NCBI RefSeq assembly: GCF_055900595.2
Contig: NZ_CM148325.1
Length of the DNA stretch: 64,000 nucleotides
Direction: 5' to 3' (one strand)
Notes under the pieces: model-generated
Databases searched by the model: none
Seen by the model: only the letters and a program-made list of their open reading frames with translations
What the model was told of the DNA's origin: nothing
Translations under genes and position numbers: made by a program
Shown: piece after piece, positions 32,740 to 41,928 of the stretch
How the letters are laid out: each line of letters opens with the position of its first letter
Position numbering within the stretch: position 1 is the stretch's first letter

Positions 32740-35700
32740 TTAAAATCTTACATAATCACTAAATATATCTCTAAATTCATCAAGTTCACTTTGAGTTGGT
32801 CTTTCCCATCGGTCAGTATTTCTATTCATTCGATGTTGGATATTTTTCCTAGAGATATCCCTCATAGATGTGACAATTTCAGAACCATCTTTTTCAATTA
32901 TATGTGCTCTGCCATTTGGTCCCAGTACAACCCACCGCCCATCTGATTGCTTTAATATATCGCTAGAACGCGCATTTTGAAGATCATTAATAACAGCACC
33001 AATAGGTCGACCTTCACGATGCCGTTGTAAAGCATGACTACTTTTCTTCAAAGTAGCACACATCTGTCCCAACGGATCGATCCAACTTAATGGATTCGGT
33101 GCATATTGATAGAGATTCAGTCCCCCCGCCAGCCCTATCGGGTCCGTTACCATGAACCGCCCGACATCCGGATCATAGTACCTGTGCAGATTGTAATGCA
33201 GCCCTGTTTCCCTGTCGAGGTACTGTCCCTGGTAGCGCAGGTTCTGCTCCACCCCGCCGTGGTCCTTCTCCTGTATCGTGTTACCCCAGACCTGATACCC
33301 CGTCTCCCACACGATTTTCCCGTCACTGTCCGTCATCTCTTCCGGCGCACCGTTCACATCCGTGTGAAAATACAGTATCCGGTTCGGTCCCTCTTTGCCC
33401 GCCTTATCCACCCGCGCCAGCGGTTCATAACTCCCCTGGTCACTGTAGATATACAGGCTGCCTGTTCCCTCCGGCCTGCTCTCCTGCGCCAGCCGCATTC
33501 CGTCCCATAAAAATGTCGTCCGGTTATACGGTTTACCGTCAGGGCTGATGTGCTGTTTTTCCGTCCGCCTCCCCAGCGCATCGTACACATACCGGTACGT
33601 TCCCCGCGCTGTCGTCACTTCCACCATCCGGTGTTCCGCATCATAACGGTAACTCTGCGCTCCGCTCCGGCCCTGCTTTTCCACCGTCCGGCCAAATTCG
33701 TCGTAACGGTAGTGCACACCACGGTAAGACATCAGCCGGTTGAACGGCACAACGCTGTTTTCTGCCGTGGCCCTTTCCCCCGCACGCCGCCCCAGCAGGT
33801 TTCCCGCCGCGTCGTACTGCCAGCTCGCCAGATACCCCTCATCCTCCGAGCGGCACGCCGTGATGCGCCCCGTGGGGTCGTAGAAGTAATCCGTTTCCCC
33901 CCGCCGGCTGTGCCGCGTCTTCAGCAGTTCATCCTCGCCGCTGTAGCTGTACTGCCGGTCCGTGAACGTCTCCGGTACCACCCCGCGCATCCCGCTGTAT
34001 GTCTCCCTGCGCTTCAGCCGCCCGGCGGTGTCGTAAAGCTGCCGCGTGCTCAGTCGCCCCTGACTTCTGAGCACCTCCCGGTGCAGGGCGTCACGTGTGA
34101 ACTCGCTGATGACCTCCCGGTCCAGATTTATCTGCTGGAGATGGCCGCTGCCGTAGTACAGATGGCGCTGCGTTCTGCCGTCCGGAAAGGTGGTGGCTGT
34201 CCGGTTGCCCAGTTCATCGTACTGATGGGTCAGGACGCCCTGCGCCGTCTCCTCGGTCAGCATCCGCCCCAGTCTGTCGTAACTGAAGCGGATAACTTCC
34301 GGCGCGTCAGTTTCGTGCCGCTGGCGGCGGATTTCCAGTAGCTGGTCTGCCGCATCATGGACGTATTCCGTATGGCTATCGGCTGTCTCCTTTGCCGTGA
34401 GCCGGCCCGCCGCATCGCGCGCCAGCCGGTGACGGATTTCACCGCCCCGGTCCCCGGTGAACACCACTTCCGTGACCGCGTTCAGCGCGTTGTAACGGTA
34501 CGCCTGGCGGCAGCCGTCCGGATTTATCTGCTCCGCCAGACGGTCCAGCACATCATGGCGGAACCGGTAGCTTTCTCCGTTCTCGTTCGTGAGCGTGACC
34601 AGACGCCCGTAAGCATCGTACCCGAACGCCGTCCTGCGCCCCGTCGCGTCTGTCCGGCTGCGCACCCGGCCCTGCCCGTCCCGCTGCCAGCGCGTTATCC
34701 TCCCCATCGGGCTGGTGTACTTCACCAGCCTGCCCGCCGCGTCCGACTGGTAATTCACCGTGCGGCCGTCCGCCAGTATCACCTCCGTCAGATGACCGCT
34801 GTCGTCATACCCGTAGCGCGTGCTGTGGCTCTGCGCGTCTGTCATTCTGATAAGCCGCGTGCGTTCGTCGTAGAACCAGGCCGTCTGCGAGCCGGAACAG
34901 TCCGTGTGCCGCATGAGCTGCCCGTCTTCGTTCCACTGAAGGTATTTATTCCCCCCACGGGCATCGGTTATCTGCACCACCTGGCCGTGGCGGTCATACT
35001 GATACCGGGTGTTCTGCTGCAGCGGGTCGGTCACCGCAAGAAGATTGCCGCGTTCATCGTACTCACAGCACCAGCTGTTCCCCGCCGCGTCCACCTCCGT
35101 TTCCGGCTGGTGCCACACCGGGTGCCACTGTGTCTGTGCCACCCGCCCCAGCGGGTCGTGCGTCTCCGTGATATGCCCCTGCCGGTCATACACATAGCGC
35201 CATTTGCCGCCCTGCGCATCGCTCATTCCCAGTAACAGCCGTTCTTCGTCGCTCCAGCGGAACGTCGTCACCTGCCCGGCTTCGTCCTGGTACGCCGTCA
35301 CCTGGTTCTGCGCATCCCACTGATGATAACGCGTGCGCCCCAGCCCGTCCGTCACGCACAGCCTGCGTGCCGCCAGGCTCCACGCCAGCCGGTACTGTTC
35401 ACCGCTGTCCGTGTGGTGCCCCGTCACCCGCCACGCTGCGTCATCCGGGCCTTCATACCAGCCCCACTGGTAATAATACCCTTCGCCGCCCGGCTGGCGG
35501 TGCAGGGTCATGCAGTGGTTTTCGTCGTAAGCAAACTCACGCAGCAGGTGCCCCGTGCTGTCGTACACGCCGTTCAGGTCGCCGGCCTCGTCATAGCGGT
35601 AACGACGCAGCAGTAAAGGAGCCGTCTCAGGGAAATGCTGATAAATCTGTGTCACCCGCCGGGGATGCGCCGCCAGTTCATAATGCAGACGAATGCACGG

Positions 35701-37371
35701 ACGCTGCTGTTCACCGCTGATTTGCGTGATGCGCCCCAGCTCGTCGTAGTACAGATTCAGACAGTTGCTGTTGCGGTCGCCCAGCATTTTCAGCCGCTGG
35801 CGCTGCGGGTGATGCGGGTCGGCTTCAAACAGAAAAAACTGCCCGTCATCGCTGCTGATAAGCCAGTGCCCCTGCTCACCCCGCCGTACTGCCAGTCCTT
35901 CGCCGGGGCTGTAAAACCCGCTCCCCGGCAGCACGGCCTCCATATCCAGGCGTCGTCCCATGCCCGACACAAAGGTCATACAGTTTTCGTCAGCAGTACC
36001 CGGCGTGCGCTCGAGGCTGACTTCATACATCACGCTCCAGCCCTGCCCGAACATCCCTTCCGTGCGGTCGTCACGACTGCTGTACACGCGCTGCCAGTCC
36101 AGCGGAAAGTGGCCCGGCAGACTGAAATCGAAGTCATCGTCATCCGCCAGATATTTGGCTCCGGTGGCGGCATTGACCGGATGCGGAAGGGCACTGATGG
36201 CCTTCTGCGTCATCACCCCCATCCCGACACTGGCAGCAAAACAGGCGATTTTAGAAAGCATTTTGCCCGGGCGAAGAAACATCAGCGCCACGGTTGCCAC
36301 CAGGGTTATCTGCGACCTGCCGCTTCTGATATCCCTGACCACCAGTAACGGACCGCCAATGCGGACATCCGGTGACAAAAACGCCCCGTTCCCCGGCTCA
36401 TTCACCACCCTGGCCTCGCAGGTACAGCGTGCCCCGCTGCGTGCCGCCGGCTGGCTGTTGATACGCACATCCCGCGCGCCTTCCGCGATATATTCCGCTG
36501 CGGGCGGTTCATCATCGCCTTTGAACAGATTACTGATGCTGCCAATAACCGCATTCACTCCCTGAAAGGCGGTTTCCAGCATACCGCCCGGACTCAACAG
36601 GTTAAGGGCCGTTCCCAGGGGGTCATCCAGAAAGGCGGCTTTTTTTTGTGCGAGAAACTGCGTCAGTGAGGAGGGATGTTTATGGCAGTCGATTTTATCG
36701 TCAGGGGTCGGGGTGGAGCCCGGGGCCGCACTGGCCACGGTGGGCTGCCATAGTTCCGACACAAAATGTGTCACGCCATCCACCATTTCAGAACGCCCTT
36801 CTTCCGTACTGAGCTGGTCGTGCAGCGCCCGGGACATCAGCACAGGCCCTGTCACCGGGTTAACCGCCAGGGCTATGGCCCCCGCCATTTCCAGATATTC
36901 CCCGGCCACATCCAGAAACGTTCTGGCATCCTCCTGACGCTGCGCTTCTTCCTGTTCCGCCTTCGCCTTCGCCTGCGCCTCCTGCGCCTCAATGTCCTGC
37001 CGTGATGCCGCAGTCGCCGCGGCCCGCGCGGCAGGTTTGCTGTTGATCCATGTGTCGCCAGAGCCGGTGAGGATGTAACCTTCAATCTGAGGCGGGAAAA
37101 GCCAGTTCGCCAGTTGCTCACTTTCCCTACTGATTCGGTCATTCCAGCCCTGATACGACATAAATACCGCTGTTGCTATACCGATCGCTAAAATGGTTGA
37201 GCAGCCCAGCGTTGCCACTTCAACTCCGCCCAGCGCCGCCATGGTTCCGACAACCAGAACATCCACCAGGGCTGTGGCGGCAACCTCTACAACTGCCCCC
37301 AGCACATCTGCTATAAACGACGTATGCAGCAGGGCATCACCCTGCCTTGCTGCCCAGAATGCCTCTTCCAT
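32740..37371 (-). CDS. full-length Rhs polymorphic toxin with N-terminal prePAAR motif, TM helices and PAAR domain (T6SS cargo effector)
   Basis: 1543-aa ORF. N-terminus has AARQGDALLH (prePAAR AARxxDxxxH) followed by hydrophobic helices, then a PAAR-like region (VRINSQPAARSGARCTCEARVVNEPGNG). Long YD-repeat core, conserved core end YAPNPLSWIDPLGQ, and a roughly 108-aa C-terminal tip of unknown activity. Confidence 0.85.
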   Translation of the reverse strand: MEEAFWAARQGDALLHTSFIADVLGAVVEVAATALVDVLVVGTMAALGGVEVATLGCSTILAIGIATAVFMSYQGWNDRISRESEQLANWLFPPQIEGYILTGSGDTWINSKPAARAAATAASRQDIEAQEAQAKAKAEQEEAQRQEDARTFLDVAGEYLEMAGAIALAVNPVTGPVLMSRALHDQLSTEEGRSEMVDGVTHFVSELWQPTVASAAPGSTPTPDDKIDCHKHPSSLTQFLAQKKAAFLDDPLGTALNLLSPGGMLETAFQGVNAVIGSISNLFKGDDEPPAAEYIAEGARDVRINSQPAARSGARCTCEARVVNEPGNGAFLSPDVRIGGPLLVVRDIRSGRSQITLVATVALMFLRPGKMLSKIACFAASVGMGVMTQKAISALPHPVNAATGAKYLADDDDFDFSLPGHFPLDWQRVYSSRDDRTEGMFGQGWSVMYEVSLERTPGTADENCMTFVSGMGRRLDMEAVLPGSGFYSPGEGLAVRRGEQGHWLISSDDGQFFLFEADPHHPQRQRLKMLGDRNSNCLNLYYDELGRITQISGEQQRPCIRLHYELAAHPRRVTQIYQHFPETAPLLLRRYRYDEAGDLNGVYDSTGHLLREFAYDENHCMTLHRQPGGEGYYYQWGWYEGPDDAAWRVTGHHTDSGEQYRLAWSLAARRLCVTDGLGRTRYHQWDAQNQVTAYQDEAGQVTTFRWSDEERLLLGMSDAQGGKWRYVYDRQGHITETHDPLGRVAQTQWHPVWHQPETEVDAAGNSWCCEYDERGNLLAVTDPLQQNTRYQYDRHGQVVQITDARGGNKYLQWNEDGQLMRHTDCSGSQTAWFYDERTRLIRMTDAQSHSTRYGYDDSGHLTEVILADGRTVNYQSDAAGRLVKYTSPMGRITRWQRDGQGRVRSRTDATGRRTAFGYDAYGRLVTLTNENGESYRFRHDVLDRLAEQINPDGCRQAYRYNALNAVTEVVFTGDRGGEIRHRLARDAAGRLTAKETADSHTEYVHDAADQLLEIRRQRHETDAPEVIRFSYDRLGRMLTEETAQGVLTHQYDELGNRTATTFPDGRTQRHLYYGSGHLQQINLDREVISEFTRDALHREVLRSQGRLSTRQLYDTAGRLKRRETYSGMRGVVPETFTDRQYSYSGEDELLKTRHSRRGETDYFYDPTGRITACRSEDEGYLASWQYDAAGNLLGRRAGERATAENSVVPFNRLMSYRGVHYRYDEFGRTVEKQGRSGAQSYRYDAEHRMVEVTTARGTYRYVYDALGRRTEKQHISPDGKPYNRTTFLWDGMRLAQESRPEGTGSLYIYSDQGSYEPLARVDKAGKEGPNRILYFHTDVNGAPEEMTDSDGKIVWETGYQVWGNTIQEKDHGGVEQNLRYQGQYLDRETGLHYNLHRYYDPDVGRFMVTDPIGLAGGLNLYQYAPNPLSWIDPLGQMCATLKKSSHALQRHREGRPIGAVINDLQNARSSDILKQSDGRWVVLGPNGRAHIIEKDGSEIVTSMRDISRKNIQHRMNRNTDRWERPTQSELDEFRDIFSDYVRF

Positions 37372-37389
37372 GTCCCGTTCCCTGTGTGA

Positions 37390-37842
37390 TTAATTCGTCC
37401 CGGCTTCCTGCCGTATCCTGAAGCGCAGATTCTTTTTAATTTCAGCCCAGCGCGTCATATCTGCCGGGGTCAGCGGTGTGGTTCTGGCGTAGGTGAAGGC
37501 CATCATGACCCGCTCACCCGGCAACACAAATGCCACCTGACACTGGTACACCTGCTCGTTACCCCGGAGAAACTGACTCTGTATTTCCAGCCCTTCTTCA
37601 CCGTCATTAATCCCTACCCGTGTTACCTGAACGGGCGTGTAGTGAAGATCCTTTACCTGTTTCTCCAGTTTTTTCATTTGCTGTTCAATCTGGGAGGCTA
37701 ATTCGTCTCCTTCCTGCATCTGGCCCCGGCTGATAATGAGTGCAGCGTCGGGATCGCTGAGACGCAGCATATTAATCGTACTGTCCTGAATAATATTCCC
37801 GGGGAAAGTTACAACAGTTTCATTGAGATAATACTCCGTCAT
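37390..37842 (-). CDS. DUF1795 / Eag-family effector-associated chaperone
   Basis: 150-aa ORF between vgrG and the prePAAR-Rhs gene. Size and position match Eag chaperones that stabilise prePAAR-effector TM helices; assignment is by context and size, not alignment. Confidence 0.6.
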   Translation of the reverse strand: MTEYYLNETVVTFPGNIIQDSTINMLRLSDPDAALIISRGQMQEGDELASQIEQQMKKLEKQVKDLHYTPVQVTRVGINDGEEGLEIQSQFLRGNEQVYQCQVAFVLPGERVMMAFTYARTTPLTPADMTRWAEIKKNLRFRIRQEAGTN

Positions 37843-37892
37843 AATGGTATGAGTCCTTGTTAATTAATAAATTATTTAATGATGGTTTTTAT

Positions 37893-39887
37893 TTATTTTT
37901 TAGTCATGAAGGTGACGTCTATTGCCAACTGAAGGGCTGTTTTCTCCGATGTTCCAGGCGGAGGTATATCTGCCGCTCTGTCATTCATATTTAAATCAAG
38001 CTGCCCTGATTGTGTATTTATCTTTCCATTTTCCGTTGCGGTAATATTAAAATTCTTACAGGTTATATTAAATATTCCGTCACTGGTCATTTGCAGGATA
38101 GTTTCTCCGCAGCTAAGAATAATGGAATCTCCCGCAGCAAGGCGTAAATTCTGTACGGCCTGAATCGTTTTATTTCGTCCGGCAAGGGAGGTATCATCCG
38201 TCTGGACTGTTAGAGAACGTTTCTCACCAATAATCGCAGTTTCTGTTTTATCAATGACTTTAAGGCGATTATTGCCCACCCAGTGGCTTTCATTATTATT
38301 TACTTCAATGCGTTGATCTTTCTCGGCATGCAACCAGATTTCTTCTCCGCCAGTTTTATCCTCAAAACGCAAGGCGTTAGCATTGGTCGGGCCGCCGCCG
38401 ATAGTGTGGCTGTAAAACCCGCTTTGCGTCGCTGCGCCCGGTAGTCCCCACGGTGGCATGGTGTCCTGATTGTAGGTACGCCCAACGATTATCGGTAAAT
38501 CCGGATCACCGTTTTTGAAATCCACCAGTACTTCCTGACCAATGCGCGGGATCTGAATGCCACCGAATCCTTTACCCGCCCACGGATAACTGACACGGAC
38601 CCAGCAGGAACTGTTTTCATCATTCTTACCGTAACGATCCCAGCCAAACTGAACTTTCACCCGGCCATATTTATCTGTCCAGATTTCCTGTCCCGTCGGG
38701 CCGGTCACGATGGCGCTCTGCGGGCCTTTAGTATGGGGTTTGCTCAGGGTTCGCTGCGGGCGGTAAACTTCGCTGGTGGGATGCAGTTCAAAGCTGGTTG
38801 AGTAAGAGAAATGCTGCTCCTGGCCGCTGTGTTGCGCATTGTCCTGTATAAATAGCGTGGTCTGAACCAGCAGATATTCCCGGTTCACTTCGGCTGTCGG
38901 ATAGTTTTCCAGGGTGAAGGTAAAACCTGTCATCAGGGTACGAATATTGCCGCTGCCCTGTACCCGACTACCGGGGCTACACTGTTCTTCCATGCGGATG
39001 CGTGTCAGCATTTCACCTTCACTCTTTGTGAAGTAGTCTCCCGGCCATTCGTAGTGCTCATATTCAGCAAGGCCAGTTTCACGCGGATTAGCCACGGTGC
39101 TCTTGAGCAGTGAACGCGGCTTCATAAAGTCGAAATCATTTAGTACCCACTGTCCGCTGCGCAGGCTTTCATTTGCTGTGATGGTATGGATAAATTCCTT
39201 GTCCAGTTTCAGCCCTTTCTGGTAATAACACACCAGTGGCGAATCTGCGCACGCCTTGTGGACATTAATGGCATCAGCCAGCACTAACGTGTGACTGTTC
39301 TCGTTGTGCTCAAACCACCAGTAGATACCCCACTCCTGCATCAGGCGCTGAATAAAATCGAAATCTGTTTCACCGTACTGCACCTGCCAGGCGCGAGTCG
39401 GATAATTTTCCACCAGTCGTTTTTCCACTGGCCAGGGGTACTCATCCAGTACCTCATCCAGGATCTCCACCACGTTTTTATTTTGAAACGCTTTGTAGTC
39501 ACTAGTGTGGGTCAGTATTTTTAACCACGGTTCAATCCGCAGTTCATACACCACCGAACGTCCTTGATGACCAGCCACGCGTGCCGCCGTCACCAGCCCG
39601 CTGATATAACGTTTTCCGCCGCCATCCAATTCGATATTGACGCACAGATCTTTGCCCACCATCGGTTTGAGCTGCAGGTTGGCTGCGGGGGAAACATAGC
39701 CCAGGTTCAGGATGTCAGGAGTTTTTAATTTAATAGAATAAGTAAATAGTTCCCCTACTGTTTCTGTCCCCCCTAAGCTTGCAAACAGTAACATTCCATC
39801 AGGAACTGCGCTGCCGCTCAAAGTCACGTTATGTGTACCCGATCCAGTTAGTGCGCCGGATGGATAATCTGTAGCTGCAAAACTCAT
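37893..39887 (-). CDS. vgrG: type VI secretion system spike protein VgrG
   Basis: 664-aa ORF with gp27/gp5-like features (e.g. [63 protein letters not shown], beta-helical repeats). Directly upstream of eag-rhs. The N-terminus is atypical; start taken as the first ATG after the upstream stop. Confidence 0.85.
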   Translation of the reverse strand: MSFAATDYPSGALTGSGTHNVTLSGSAVPDGMLLFASLGGTETVGELFTYSIKLKTPDILNLGYVSPAANLQLKPMVGKDLCVNIELDGGGKRYISGLVTAARVAGHQGRSVVYELRIEPWLKILTHTSDYKAFQNKNVVEILDEVLDEYPWPVEKRLVENYPTRAWQVQYGETDFDFIQRLMQEWGIYWWFEHNENSHTLVLADAINVHKACADSPLVCYYQKGLKLDKEFIHTITANESLRSGQWVLNDFDFMKPRSLLKSTVANPRETGLAEYEHYEWPGDYFTKSEGEMLTRIRMEEQCSPGSRVQGSGNIRTLMTGFTFTLENYPTAEVNREYLLVQTTLFIQDNAQHSGQEQHFSYSTSFELHPTSEVYRPQRTLSKPHTKGPQSAIVTGPTGQEIWTDKYGRVKVQFGWDRYGKNDENSSCWVRVSYPWAGKGFGGIQIPRIGQEVLVDFKNGDPDLPIIVGRTYNQDTMPPWGLPGAATQSGFYSHTIGGGPTNANALRFEDKTGGEEIWLHAEKDQRIEVNNNESHWVGNNRLKVIDKTETAIIGEKRSLTVQTDDTSLAGRNKTIQAVQNLRLAAGDSIILSCGETILQMTSDGIFNITCKNFNITATENGKINTQSGQLDLNMNDRAADIPPPGTSEKTALQLAIDVTFMTKK

Positions 39888-40242
39888 AATTAATCCTTTT
39901 AACTAGAAATGGCTAAGTGCTAATAAGAAATCTTACAGAGAATAAAATATGCAATATATTCGTAGCTGGCATAAAACATCTCAATACTTATGCGTGCTAC
40001 TGAAGATACTATCAACCATATATGCCTTGAAGAATGCACCATCATGTTAACCTGGTGGAAACATTCACCTAAAGTACATTAATAAAACCAATAAAATTAT
40101 TTAATCTGTTATTTGATATGATTATCATCAAATCTTAAAATACGTTCCCCGGTTCTAATTATGCTAAAACCATAATATTCTTTTGTACTTCCGGAAGAGA
40201 GCATATATTTCCCGATATACATAACATCTGAAGATAGCTCAC

Positions 40243-40464
40243 TTATGTCAATACATTGGGATCGAACTGACCTGTCACTCTTTTCAATTTTATTGCATTG
40301 CCATATTTACCTTCATATAAAATATAATTTGAAATAATATTCCCATCGTCTGGTTTTGAACAAACCCGCCCGTCTTGTAAATATACATTACCGGGTAACA
40401 ATGGGCGAACATAATCACCAACAGTGCATCCCGATAAAAAGAATAACAAAAAGAATCTCTTCAT
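40243..40464 (-). CDS. small predicted lipoprotein (candidate immunity/inhibitor partner of the upstream HExxH protein)
   Basis: 73-aa ORF with signal peptide and lipobox (MKRFFLLFFLSGC). Start overlaps the upstream gene stop (ATGA). Confidence 0.55.
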   Translation of the reverse strand: MKRFFLLFFLSGCTVGDYVRPLLPGNVYLQDGRVCSKPDDGNIISNYILYEGKYGNAIKLKRVTGQFDPNVLT

Positions 40465-41030
40465 ATGACACCAGCAGGAAATAAATTAAGCACCTTCTTG
40501 TATTTTTCCGATAGAGTATTCACTGATTCTGTTGTATCACCTACATAGTTAACATTTGCCAAATCAGAGACCAATCCATAGTTAATCAATAGCCAATAAT
40601 CAGCAACTATAGATGCTTGTTGTTCCATAGAATAAGAAGAAATTGACTGTAAATTAAGATCGTAATGATAATTTGCCGCCCAGGAAAATAAACCACGCAA
40701 CTTAACTGCATACCCTTTCTGATATTGCCAAACATGCATCGTTTCATGAATAAACAAGTGAGAAGCACCTGCAACTGTTTCACGATCACCAGGCATTGCT
40801 TGCGATGAAAAATCTGAACTATAAACAGCATCAGGATAATACATTTCCCCGTTTGGGGTCATCGCTGTTCTTTCCCCTTGACCAGGCAAATATTTTTCAT
40901 TGTGGATCCATACCTTGCTATAATCAATTGTATTCTCAAAAATCGATCTGGCCAATGTTAATTCACCAGATGTCATTCTCCTTAATGATATATCCTTTCC
41001 CCTGGAAATAATATCTTTCAGATAAAACAC
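40461..41030 (-). CDS. hypothetical HExxH-motif protein (putative zinc metallopeptidase-like toxin/effector)
   Basis: 189-aa ORF containing HETMHVWQ (HExxHxxQ). No signal peptide. Translationally coupled to the downstream lipoprotein and co-directional with vgrG. Family unassigned. Confidence 0.5.
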   Translation of the reverse strand: MFYLKDIISRGKDISLRRMTSGELTLARSIFENTIDYSKVWIHNEKYLPGQGERTAMTPNGEMYYPDAVYSSDFSSQAMPGDRETVAGASHLFIHETMHVWQYQKGYAVKLRGLFSWAANYHYDLNLQSISSYSMEQQASIVADYWLLINYGLVSDLANVNYVGDTTESVNTLSEKYKKVLNLFPAGVI

Positions 41031-41928
41031 AAACGCTCTTTGATGTTCAACATTTCCACTTTATACAGTATTGATGACATCATCTTCATAGAAAATGAAA
41101 TCAAAGTAAGTTATCAACGTTTCCCGTTATGATTTTTTAACCTTAATTCTCAGCATTTTTATTAATCTATCTTCAATATCAATAACCGATGCAAATGATT
41201 ACGCAGTTATCATAACTCCCATCAATTGATTAATATCTGTAAACGCTACCGCCCCACCCTGATATTTTAATCTGCACATAGCAATCTTAACGTTATGCCC
41301 CATACATTAGTAATGTAAATTAAGAATTCGGAATATATCAAATTCACTTCATAAATTAATATCGAGAATGATATACACATTAATTATATTGAAGTCATGT
41401 TTTAAGCGTTGTAATGACCATGGAACAGGACTAATTCCAGAAACTCCTGTCAGGCAATAGCGCGTTTATCACCCTACATGCCTTTTACATTTTTTAGCCT
41501 TTTCTGTAACGTCGGCAACTGGCTCATTTAATCAGCAATTGTATCGGCATTTGGCGTATTACCCCTGAAACCTGCCATGTGCTAGCCCCTCACTATTCAA
41601 TGATCCAACCACGCCAGTGTCCACTGCAACCACTGGCGTTCAGAGCGACGAACGAGTGGCGCAAGAGTAGGACTGCCGTCGGGTATCATCAAACCAATAG
41701 TGGTTGTTTCCGTCATAATTTCATCAGGTTGCTATTTTGTTGCCGGCCGCCTTTATCCCCGCATATTTATAGCGGGATTATTTTGCATCGTTACACGATA
41801 AAAGGTAGGATTCTGCGCCGACAGTTATACCCATAAAGAATAATGGTGAATCTTGTCATCGCCAGGATGAATAAACATTGTTCATGGCAACTTATATGAC
41901 TTTTTCATTAAAGCAATCAGGGAGAGCA

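Noticed and set aside
33106-36565. Series of long plus-strand ORFs (e.g. 33550..34341, 34357..35235, 35635..36348, 35960..36565) overlapping the rhs gene
   Set aside because: They lie antisense to the GC-rich Rhs YD-repeat core, are Arg/Pro-rich with no recognisable domains, and fit the well-known antisense open-frame artefact of high-GC repetitive coding sequence.
36873-37142. Arginine-run ORF (RRRRRRRRRR) on the minus strand and its plus-strand partner
   Set aside because: Out-of-frame reading of the GCC/GCG-rich segment that encodes the Ala/Glu/Gln-rich N-terminal linker of Rhs (AQEAQAKAKAEQEEAQ); not an independent gene.
41579-41836. 85-aa ORF in the long intergenic region upstream of ansP
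   Set aside because: Poor coding character (Cys/Arg/Pro-rich), no RBS; more likely non-coding leader/promoter sequence.
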